NCBI GenBank assembly: GCA_003971905.1
Contig: RSEE01000005.1
Coordinates: 186,001 to 250,000 of the forward strand
Direction: 5' to 3'
DNA: 64,000 bases
Source of the DNA: Moniliella sp. 'wahieum'
Taxonomy: Eukaryota
The notes beneath the pieces were generated by a model that did not search any database, was not told the DNA's origin, and saw only the letters and a list, made by a program, of their open reading frames with translations. The position numbers were made by a program, and so were the translations under genes. Position 1 is the first letter of the stretch; every line of letters starts with the position of its first letter. Shown piece after piece: positions 48,730 to 59,504 of this stretch.

Positions 48730-49725
48730 CGGGATGGTTCCGGGTACAATCTTGTCATTATCAGCTTCCTTTTGGACCTTGGCTCCTCCTACATCCCAAC
48801 TGTGCTTCCCCATTTTTCTTCCTTTTCTGTTGATCGTTTGCGTGTCCCATCTACGTTTGTCATTATATCACTGAAAGGACGAGCGCCTTCTCACATATTC
48901 AGAGAGCCTGCAGTTCACCCTGGTGCTGCATTGACACATCAATTCGCTATCCTTCTTTGCCTTTCTCCAATTGCTCGTGGTCAACTGTCGGACCCTATGG
49001 AGGGCTACTACGGACGTGCATATACGATGCCAGGCGTTAGAAGCACACACTATAGTCATATATTATGTGTTCGACCACAGCAGCGGTCGCCACCTCACGC
49101 CGTCTTCCACACGGCTGCAATCTTCTCTACAATATCGCCTCCATTCACAGCCCCGTAATATTCTCCACCGTCATGACGCGGAGAAGATAATGCACGATGG
49201 TGAATAAACGTAATGGACGGCGGAGTGGCGGTCGATGCGGGAAAATATGGGAGAGAGAAAGATCTGATGTATAGGGTGTACGTGAGAGGGTGGCGACATC
49301 TCTCTAATATTCGCGCATTTTGGCACGTAAGAATCCGGATCGCCTTTTGATCTTTAGGCAAGCGATGGCTGCAAAGCGAGAAGTATAGGCTTGCCTAGTA
49401 CGGTGGCCTAGATGCGTTCTTACAGCGACGGCCCACCCGCTGACATATGATGGAAAAAAAGCGCAGCAGTACTATGAAATTCTCTCCGGAGCTATTCGTC
49501 GAGTAAGAGATGATGTGGCAGTAGTGCATAGTCGTTTGGAATAGATATGAGAGTCAACACAATAAGCCTCTCATCAAGGGGCACTTAGTTTTCCGCACAG
49601 GTGTGTCGGGGACTACTCGCAACCCGTCTATATAAACGCAGACCTTGTCCACCCCAACCTCGCTTTTTGTCGTTCCCACACCCCTCTTCTTTTCCTCACC
49701 CCGCCCCTAGCCGTCCCAACGAATC

Positions 49726-50893
49726 ATGGTGTGCTCACCTTGTCTGATTGGCCCAACCCATCAGGCCCTGCCGAACCCCGAATTCAAACACGACCCCCAG
49801 TGCGCCATGGAAGGAACCGCCACCGTCGAAGGGCCCGACACTTGGAACCTTCGCGTACAAGTGGGCTTTCAGGACAGGTGCTTTCATGACCTCCATGTCC
49901 TTCTAAACCAGTTTCGCTCCCATCTACCGAGCATTAATGACCGTTTGAATGCGCTCCATATCAATGCAATCTGCAAGCGTGCTTTCCAGTACGCGACCGA
50001 GGCCATTACTGTACTCACCCCGGAGTTGTTACAAGCAATGCAGGCCATCCAACAGGATAGCAAGACGATTGGCAATGAACCGATCTTTTTGGCCCATGTC
50101 CAAACATTCACCAATTACGTCAAGGAAGAGGTCCTAGTCCCTCTCCGGGTGTGGCGGAGCAGGCCAATCCCGGTGCTTCCATCGTCAACCAAGAGATGAG
50201 GCAGACCAACACTCGTACGCGCACAAGGCAGAACATACCGGATGGTATTTTTGATGTTCTAAAGTTTGCCTTCAGCCTGTGCGCCACACCTACACCGGCT
50301 GAGGTGCGCGCTCTCAGTCAAATGACCGCGCTAAGCTACAAACAAGTTAATGACTGGGTACGTCTTTATTGGCATCATCCCTCGTGTCTTAGGGGTGTGG
50401 TGAAAGAGCAGCCATCTAACACACACTTGTGGAATGTACAGTATCAGAACCGGCGGTACCGTTCCCAACGACTGCCCAGCAATAACGAAGAACCGAGTGT
50501 GCGAGCTGGGAGCAGCTTCGGGAAAAAAAGAAAGCAACCTGAAACAGAGTGCGAGGATTCCGACCAGGGGGTTGGAGAACCCGGTGACGTGGAAAATGAA
50601 GGGATGGAGGGGAGAAGGAAGGAGAAGGGAATTCGCGCAGAAGTGAGGCATTATCGACGACATTACGCATTTCGGCATATTATCGTTACCACCACCTTTT
50701 CCCTCCGGAGTCGATGAACGAGTGAGTTTTCTTCTGGTCCTTAATTTTTGTGCTTTAGATTCTGACCGCAAGGGGATCTAGGTCGAACACCCAACCCATC
50801 ATTCCCCAGTCGGCTAATCAAGTCAACTATGTCTTCCTGCCGAAGACGGAGGGCTTGAAGGGGTGGGACACCACTCCGTTAAGGCCGTACTAG
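49726..50893 (+). CDS. HD2-class homeodomain protein, copy B (paralogue of A, short C-terminus)
   Basis: TATATAAA at 49629; IPDGIFDVLKFAFSLCATPTPAEVRALSQMTALSYKQVNDW, intron 50358-50441 (GTACGT..CTAAC..CAG), then YQNRRYR; second intron 50722-50781 at the position equivalent to A; stop position inferred. Confidence 0.85.
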
Positions 50894-51410
50894 TGAGAGC
50901 AGCCCAGCATCAACCCTTCCACGACTGATGGTCCTCTGTCATCAGGATTCTAGGGTTCATTTTACCTATCCTGTTGTCTTCTGCCAACCCCAGTGTTTTG
51001 CAACACTGCCTTCTCCACAACAGTAGAAGAATCCATATATCTCTCATCAACGCGTCAACCTATATCGCCCCACGATTCCATCAATTGAAGTCCCTCCGCC
51101 GTTACCGCTATAGACGACATACGTTCACACTCAATATATGTGGCAGCAGCCGATAGACTAGAGGATTCATTCACAAAATCGGCTACTCGCGTACGCGACA
51201 AAACCACATATACCCCTCTCTCCTGTCCATCGCTCTTTCATATCATTCGGTGAACACCGGTCCGTGTGAAGCTATCGCTCCCAACTTTTGCTATAAACTC
51301 CAGTCCTGTGATTATGGTTTCCGCGCTAGTCCAAGTTCCGACCCCGGGTTTTGTTGTCCGCTGCCTCTTTTCCCGTTCCCGAGTACGCTATTCAGACATC
51401 CTTGTCTATA

Positions 51411-51483
51411 TTGTTGAGCCACCGGATGGCTCACGCCTTTTGGCCAAAACGTCGTCTCTTCAATTCCTCCTCAGGCCTAGGAG
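51411..51483 (-). repeat. Third partial copy of the island repeat
   Basis: TTGTTGAGCCACCGGATGGCTC...TTGGCCAA...CTTCAATTCCTCCTCAGGCCTAGGAG aligns to the inner ends of both inverted-repeat arms. Confidence 0.75.
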
Positions 51484-52622
51484 GGTGTCATGCATCATGG
51501 GGGGAGTCCCGAGGCGGGACCTACCCTCCCTACTGTAGTTTAGGGATATAAACTCTTGGACGGCCAATCAGAATCTCGTACGTTAGGTCCTGCCTCAGAT
51601 CCTGATTGAGCCGAGCGGGTGTAGACTTGTAGAGGCGAAGGAGATACCCTCCAGTTTTTTGGGTGGCTGCCTGCGCGCAGAGGCCGCAGCTCAGACCCTC
51701 CGAGGTAGGAGCCGCGTACGTATAGCTCGTCAGAGCAGCTGAAAAGGGGTTCAACGTTCAGGAACTACGGGGTAACCGGTAACATGGGTCAGCTGGGGCG
51801 TTACCACACTCACCGCGCTGTAGTAACAGGCCGAATCAGATGAATTCTTTTAATGAAGAGCAATTAAGCGTTTTCGAGAGAAACCGCGGTTTGTGGTGTA
51901 ATCGACGTGAGGCGTATAAATGCGTAACGGTGGTAGAAGGTGGAACAGGGCGCGAACAGGGTGAACAGGGACAGGATGGTCGATAAGGGCATATTGAAAG
52001 GTTTTCCGAAAGTCATTTCTGGTGAACAGTGCCTCCACTTGCACTTTACGCCGAGGGACTTGTGTTGACGTGGACGTTGATAAACTCATTGCGCCTTTTG
52101 ACCTTTTTGCTTCCTCCAACTATGCTTTTTGAGCCCCAATTCCCTTTCCCATCATAACTATAAACCGTAGTTATTGCCCCTCATAGGTAAGAGCGATATC
52201 ATATATCACTGGCCTTGGACACAGTCCTTCTTAGGCTTACCACTGTAGTAGAGTGTTTTTGTATACACTCACACGCTTGCATTATTGTTTTCGCCCCGCC
52301 CTCGCTTATATGTGTCGATCTCTGCTCAACAGCGCCTCATCGTATATTTTAGCACGCCCTCTCTTCAAGCTTTTCACATGCGATCGGGCGTTTACAATTG
52401 AATCGGCGGTCGTTGAGCAGATGGCAGCCCCTGGTATTCAGACCGCACATTCTCCCTTCGCCTGTTGTGTCCTTTGCTTTATTCCCTCCAACACCCAATA
52501 TCACCCTATCCCGCGCGGGCCCATCGATCCCCCAGTGTTTCTACCCAGCACCTATGCACGACTCCATCCCTATTTCCTCTGTGCCGTTACGCAGCCTTGC
52601 GCCGCGCGAGGTGCGAAGCGCC

Positions 52623-53554
52623 ATGCTCACCGGTGCCGAAGATTTGTCGTCGCTGCTTGACCCGCTCGACGGGCTCAAGCCCGACGATGAGGAGGTTCGG
52701 GAGATCATCGAGGCTTCTGAACCTACTCTCCGTCCTATCCGCCGCTTACTCGAAACCGGCCAAGCCTACGGCACCATCTGCGTCACCACGGGCAACACGA
52801 TCCAGACCCCTGGGGGGTTGTTGCTCGATGCGGACAGTACCATTACTTCTACCTTGATGAGGGGCGGGTGATGTTCAACTGCATGGTGTATGAGGGCATT
52901 CACCGCGTCCTGTCCTTCAAGCCCACCCGGCCCCGGCAAGCCATCTCTGCCCTCCACCTCCGGCTTCAGAGTGAACCATCTCGTTCCCCTACGCCAAACG
53001 CGGGAGGCGGCCGCGATGATGCCTCCCCACCAAGTCAAGCACCCAGCGCCAGCGCGCGTGCTACCTGGGCCAAGGCCCACTTGGCCCCACACCGTGCCCC
53101 CGAAGGGACCAACTCCTCCCATTCATCTTTCGGCGGCAACTCGTCTACTTCCTCCTCCTCTTCCGGATCCTCCTCACATGCAAGTTTCCAGTCTCTCGAA
53201 GTGCATCGGAAGCTTCCCATCAATTCTGAAGCTGGCACCATTAGCGCAACCAGTCAGGGATCGGTCGAAGAGACGCAAGCGAGCGAGTTGAGTCTCATGT
53301 CTATTGACAACTTTAGCAGATGGGGGGCTACGCACCCGATGAGTGGCATCGAATACCATGACCCCTTTTCTCCCATTCGCTCCTCACGCATTCCTACGGG
53401 TTCCCCTTCGTTCCAAACACTTTTTGGGGGAGGCAGCGATTCCCAACAGTCTACTGACAGCGATTGCACACCCACGGGGCCCTCCAATGCCTCCCATTCG
53501 TCTTCTAATGGCTCGGGCGATTTGTTCTCATCTTTTTCCCAACACCGGCACTAA
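52623..53554 (+). CDS. Hypothetical (orphan) protein with a Ser-rich C-terminus
   Basis: MLTGAEDLSSLLDPLDGLKPDDEEVREIIE...GTICVTTG; one frameshift at ~52860 joins the 52868-53554 ORF; true start uncertain. Confidence 0.55.
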
Positions 53555-54098
53555 TTCCCACTGGCACTTGTTCACACTCGCGCCGCTGGTAAGAGTAGTC
53601 ATCTCTTTCACGTGATTGTTGGAAAACCTATCATTTTTCCTACTTCCCTGATAGGCCACTGTGGCGATGTCGAAAGGCAACAGAAAAGGAAGAGAAACGT
53701 ATCCTCGCACACCTTTTACCAGTATAGGGGCCTTCAGACTACTCCAGTTTTATCCTCGTCTCCCTTATATTAGTTTTCTAACAAAAGTAATCAAATGATT
53801 AGGCCAAGGTTACAGCAAATAGCAACTACCCCTCCCCCCTCCCTCCCCACAACCATACCAGATGATGTACTAGTTGAGCATGTGCCCGTGTAATAGTGCG
53901 GGCAAGGTGTGCTCCGTAGTCCACGCAACGATGACCAGACACCGATAGACCGCTTGGACATGCGAGAACTTTTCTTCGTTCTCATTAGCCTCTGACCGCG
54001 TGGGGGAGATCCGAATTGAATCGTTTTCCACTCCCGCAGCTTCTCCATTATATACACCTACAGTAGTACGTTCTTTGTTATATTATCTTGAAGTTGCA

Positions 54099-55837
54099 TT
54101 AGGTTGAGGTCGCTGGGGTGTCAGGATGGGTGCCGTGGACGACCTGGAGAACTTGTTTGTACAGGGTCTGGATTTGGACCAGCTTCTGCTCATGGTCTAG
54201 CCGCCGACACTCCTCCATAAACATGGCCAAATTGCCTCTGGGGTGGTCCCAGTCGCCATCAAAGTCGCCGTTCATGAAAGAGCCAATGTTGCTGACTGAC
54301 ATGCCGGCGCGGTGGTCAGTGACACGAGACTGAGGGAAGTTGTAGGTGCGGATGCGATCCCAACGGTCCATGGTCTGGACCTGTTCGATACGCATTGCCA
54401 CGCTATCTGCCATTTCGGCTTGGCGAACACGCTCTTGTAGACGGGCCCGGAGAACTATCCATGCCTTGGCACGGTTTTGGTGCTGGGAACGACTGTCCTC
54501 AATGCGCACAACAGTGCCAGTGGGTTCGTGCGTGAGGCGAATAGCACTTTCGGTTTGTTGACGTGCTGTCCTCCGGCACCAGAAGAGCGCATGGTTTCGA
54601 CACGTACCTCCTTGGGATCAATATAAAACTCGTCGCTCTTCTCGGTCGGTTCGGGCATAATGGGTAGCACGACGGTAGCCATGGTACTGGTTTGGAGCTT
54701 GCCCGTGCTCTGGGTGATCGGAACACGCTGAACACGGTGAACGCCTCCTTCCCACCGCATTCGCTCGTAGATGTTGAGCCGCCTTCCTCGCCAGCGCGGG
54801 GGTCGGTGATGCGCATCAACACTTCCTTCATTGCTCCGAGCCCTGCTGGGTAGTGGTGCTGACTTCCATAGGAGTAGCGGACATGATGTCCACCAGCCAG
54901 CCAGCATTGCTAGCGAATTTTTGCAGCATACGAGCCACTTGGTTGGTAAACAGACCCGCCTCGCCACCGCCTACCCCAGGACGACATTCGACAAATGACA
55001 CCCTCTGGTTCAACGCCGGCACTGACCTCCCGGGTGCCAGTAAGGCCAGTGGTCACGTCGGCACGTACACTGGCCGAGCTAGCACGGGCCTTGATCAGCT
55101 GTACCCCCGCCTTGTAGAGTGCGTCGTACATGGAAATAAGTTGACTGCGAATAGACGTGCGCTCTCTCGGCCAAGCGTTGGACTACCGCGCCCGCTCCTC
55201 CTCCTCTGCCAACGCACGCATTTCCTCGTCCGCGTCGGCGGCAGATTGTGCGGCAAGCTCAGCCGATTGTACCTTCTGCCGCTCCAGATCGACGTATGCT
55301 TGGTACCAGTAGTAGAGTGGATCAATCAGGTGCAGGGCACGAGACGCCGACACGGAGGTAGACTGAGGGTTGGTTCTTGCTGTGGGGGGGGCGGGGCAGA
55401 CATGTGCCCGTCAGTCGTCGCACATGGCAAAGAGAAGAAGGACTTACCTGATCATGGAGACCTTGCGCACGTGCAGGAGCCGCTCCACCCCGTTCAGCAC
55501 CGAGTCGGATGCAAAGCGTTCGGGGAAGCGCGCTGCCAGGCTATCGCCCGTTGCGTCCTTCTTGGACACGGCAATGGACGTGTGCAGCGAGCGCAGCTGG
55601 CAGGGTGGGGACAGGCGTCGCAGGAGGCGTGGTGGCCGCGACGGCAGCCGTGGTGGTGGCTGTGGGCGCAGCAGGATGCGTGGCTGAGGCCCAACCTGGC
55701 TGCCGCGGCGGGCGGGCGGACGAAAGAGGGGGCGAGGGACCAGCCCAGGGGGGAAGAAGAGCGGCCCGCTTACGACACTTGTCCGCCGAAGAAGAAGAGA
55801 ATAGAGACAAGAAACGGCGTCCAGAAGTAAATTGCAT
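54099..55837 (-). CDS. MRF1: Mitochondrial peptide chain release factor 1
   Basis: Presequence-like MQFTSGRRFLSLFSSSS; ECRPGVGGGEAGLF; EGGVHRVQRVPITQ (PxT motif); RSSGAGGQHVNK; RIRTYNFPQSRVTDHR; intron donor at ~55447. Confidence 0.92.
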
Positions 55838-56079
55838 CCTGCACAACGTGTTCCCATCTCCCGTTGCAAGCTGCAACTTGAACGCTGAACGGGGCACGTG
55901 ACACGGGCCAGGAGCAGCGGCTGACGTCAGCAACTGGGCGCTGGTGGGCAACTGGACGCTGCACTTGAACGTTCAATCGGGCGATTGAATTCGTGTCTGT
56001 GCAATTCAGTCCCAGTCGGCGGGAACCCACCACCGCCTCTGGGACCGCCTCTCGCCCTCTGCCCTTCCCACCCCCTGCC

Positions 56080-57626
56080 ATGGCTGCTGCGCCCATCCCG
56101 CTCGTGCCCATCCGCTCCGCCTGGCTCGATGCCAACGCACAGCGCATCCGCAGCCGCCCCATTCCCTGGGAGGGATACCAGCGCGCCGATCTCGTGTCCG
56201 CCGCCGAGCTCAAGCTGATCAAGAAGGTCGACAAACCTCGTGCTGGCGGAGAGACCCCCGTCGCCGACGCAGATGCCCCCGAGTATGCCCTTCTTTACCT
56301 CCGCCTCCTCACCAAGCTCTCTCGCACCGACACGCTTCAACAAATCCTCGTCCTAATCGACGACCTCCTTGCTGGCCGCGACGACCGCGCCCAGCTCCTG
56401 TTCGCTGCGGCCGCCGATCCGGTTGATGCTCCGGCTGATGCACCCCTGCCGGCTGCCCTGCCCTGGGGGCCATTTCTCAAGTAAGCATACTTTAACTCCC
56501 CTCTCTTCCCCCGGCTCTTCCATGGCAATGCTAACAGCAGACCATGCAGACACTTGGATGCCCAGGATGAGTTTGTGCAGGTCAAGGCCGCCCAGTTCTT
56601 GCTGCTGCTCCTCGTGTCGGATAAGACACCCCCACCCTCCGGTGTGTTTTCCCGCTTAGTCGACTACATTTCAACCCTTCTCCAGAGCGCTGAAGAGGAG
56701 GCTGGAGCACCTTCGTTCCTTACTGGCACCGGGTATGCCGATGGCAATGCGCTCGACTTGGCTACCCAGCTGCTCAATGCATTGCTGCGCAACAGCCGGT
56801 TGCGCAGTCAATTCTGGCCCCTCTCCGCCCCGTTGCTTAAGAAACTGCTGGACATCCTGAGCAAAACGCTCGGCGCTGGGGCTGCCGCCGGCGCAGGTGC
56901 AAGCGCAGGGTCATCCACTCGTGCCGCCGCTGGCGGTCTCGTGTCGCAGTATCAGTACCAGATCATCCTCGTCTTTTGGCTGCTCTCTTTTGACCCGCAG
57001 ATTGCAGCTGAGCTGAACGGCGATCAGTTGCCTGTCATCACTGTACTTAGTGAAGTGGGCTCGGCGACCAACAAGGAGAAAGTTATCCGCGTCGTGATGG
57101 CAACCTTTGCTACCTTGCTGCACAAGGCCCCCGAGGTTAATGCTCATGCCCTTCTCGGAGCCAAGGTCTTGCCTCTGGTAGAGAACCTGGAAGGGCGCAA
57201 ATGGAGCGACGAAGACCTCACTGCGGATTTGCACGAACTGCAGGAGGTCTTGACCGAAAAGTTGAAGAGCATGACCACTCTTGATGTTTATCTCGCCGAG
57301 CTCGACTCGGGCCGGCTGACATGGGACAACCCGCTACACGAATCGGACGAGTTTTGGCTGTCGGCCCCCCGCGGCTGTTGGAGGATCACTGTACTGGCCT
57401 CAACAAGTTGCTTGACCTGATCGCTCACAGCGATGACCCTACCACACTCGCTGTTGCAGCCAACGACCTGGGCAAGATTGTGGTTGTGTCAGAAACGGCT
57501 AAGCGACTGGCTAACCTCTCCCCGGCCAAGGTGCGGCTAATGCAGCTGATGTCCCACGAAGACAAGGACGTCAAGTTCTATGCCCTGCATACTGTTGGTA
57601 AGCTAGTTTCGGCAGCATGGCGGTAA
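56080..57626 (+). CDS. VMA13: V-ATPase V1 subunit H
   Basis: IRSRPIPWEGYQRA, QYQYQIILVFWLLSF, KEKVIRV, RKWSDEDL, LTWDNPLHESDEFW, TTLAVAANDLG, KVRLMQLMSHED; intron 56481-56540. Confidence 0.95.
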
Positions 57627-57738
57627 CAACCTACCCTCCCTCCTTGCTCCATCCCTCTTTCCTTCTCCCCCTTCCTCCTTGCTCTATTAGGATGAAAGAC
57701 CATCCAGTGCCCTGCCTCGACGGGGATGCAGTAGATTG

Positions 57739-58923
57739 TTATATGGATCTCGACGTCGTCACCAAAATGGTGTTGGTGAGGGCAAGAGCGGAGCTTGTTG
57801 GGAGGTAAGATGGCGCCAAAGCGAGCCAGGCCGTCAGCCGCTTCATTGCCCACATCGCCCGCATGCCCTTTGACATAGACCAGCTCGATTTGGCGTTGTT
57901 TCATCATCCCCCGGATCCAGCGCAGAAGATCTTGGTTTTGCACTTCCTTCCCCTCGGCCGTCATCCACCCGTGTTCCCACCCATCGGCCCACTGGCTCAG
58001 CGCATTGATCGCATATTGACTGTCGGTATGAATCCGTGCGGGCACCGACAAGGGCAGTCGCTCGCACACACCCGCCCAATCGCCATCAACTCGCCCCGGT
58101 TGTTGGTCTGCACACCCTCAAGCCTCCCAGCCTCGGTTATCCCCGCATACGCGGACGTTGAAGGGACGTAGACCCCCCACCCAGCACGCGCGGCTTGCTG
58201 CCCATTGGACAGACTCGACCCGTCGCACCACACATTCAGCTTCCCCGCCTGTACAGCGTCGGGTTCTCGACCGCTGAACCGCTGCAAGACAGGGCGCAGA
58301 TGGTTAGGAAAGCGCAACGAGTCTGGTTGGGGGGGCGCGCGCATCGGAGCAGATCGACCCACGTTGTCCGGAAGATTGAGGGTGGAGGATCGGGCGGGCT
58401 TGGCCTGGTCCTGGCCCTGGACCTGGACCTGAGGGGAGAATACTTGGCGCGTGAACGGGGGGGTGGGGCGCACCCAATCCTGTGCTTCGGCATTCTGGCC
58501 GGGCTGGAACTTGCGGAACTGGGCGCCCGGGTACGAGTGTACCAGTGGCTCCACCTCGGCCCAGGACGTAAACACACCCGTCCGGCGACCTGACTTGACG
58601 GCGTACAGGGCCTGTGGCCGGCCAGGATGCAACTCCTTCGCACCCGGCCCTATGGACGAGGACGGCGGTGGAGATTGAGCAGGGAAGGAATACGAGGAGG
58701 AAGGGCCAGCTGCGCCGACCCAGCGCTGAGCTTGGTCGGCTGCGTCGGCGGGGAATTTGCGATGGATCGCGCCGGGGAAGCCCTTGGTGGCCTGCTCGGC
58801 TTCGGCCCAGGTTAGGAAGACGCCGCATTGGCGTCCTCGCTTGACTGCGTATACGTACTGTTGCTTGGCCATCGGGACAGAAGACGAGAGGAGGGAAGTA
58901 GCCAGACGCGCCAGGTAGGACAT
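57739..58923 (-). CDS. RNH1: Ribonuclease H1 with two hybrid-binding domains
   Basis: YAVKRGRQCGVFLTW..KGFPGAIHRKF and YAVKSGRRTGVFTSW..YPGAQFRKF; WCDGSSLSNG, QTNNRGELMAI, HTDSQY, YVKGHAGDVGNEAADGLA; 3' end approximate. Confidence 0.93.
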
Positions 58924-59504
58924 GCACTCTTGGCGCTTCAAGCTTCAACGGTCCTCGTTTGTCCGGGGATGGTGACGGCAGAACATGCGCGCAACTCTGA
59001 TGTTCAATCAGTTGATCAATCTCAGGAACAGGAGACAGGGCGCTCCTAATCTTTCAATTTTCTCTTTCAATTTTCTTCGTCCCAGTTGGGCGACCTGGGG
59101 TGGAACGGAGCCGCAGCTCAATGAGCTAGCTGGCTACTTTTGCTATCCACCATCGGGATCAGAAAATGCACTGAGCCTGTATGACGATGAAAAGGAAGGA
59201 GGAAAATCGTGAACTGGTCATAGTTGCGGTGTACAGAAAAGTACAATACATAGCGGCGATGAGGAGGTGGGAATAGGAAGGGGGGGGGAATCCAGGCCGT
59301 TGGAGGCCAGTATGCAAGATGAAAACGGCGCCGCGCGTACTGGTTGTGGCGTTGGGCACAAGTACAAATGCAACATGCAGACAGACAGAACGAGGTGCAA
59401 AAAAGGGGGACGGAAGAAGGGAAAGGGGAAATTAAGGAAGAGGAAAAGAAAAGGGGAGAGGCAAAGAGGACAAAGAGGACAAAGTGGAACTTAGAGCGGC
59501 AAGG

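Noticed and set aside
44500..54050. Pheromone precursor (CAAX) or STE3 receptor genes in the island
   Set aside because: CIMA (~46120) and CIMG (~51491) are not followed by stop codons; no 7-TM ORF seen
57739..58923. RNase H as part of a retroelement or caulimovirus insertion
   Set aside because: Cellular RNH1 architecture; no RT, integrase, gag or LTRs nearby
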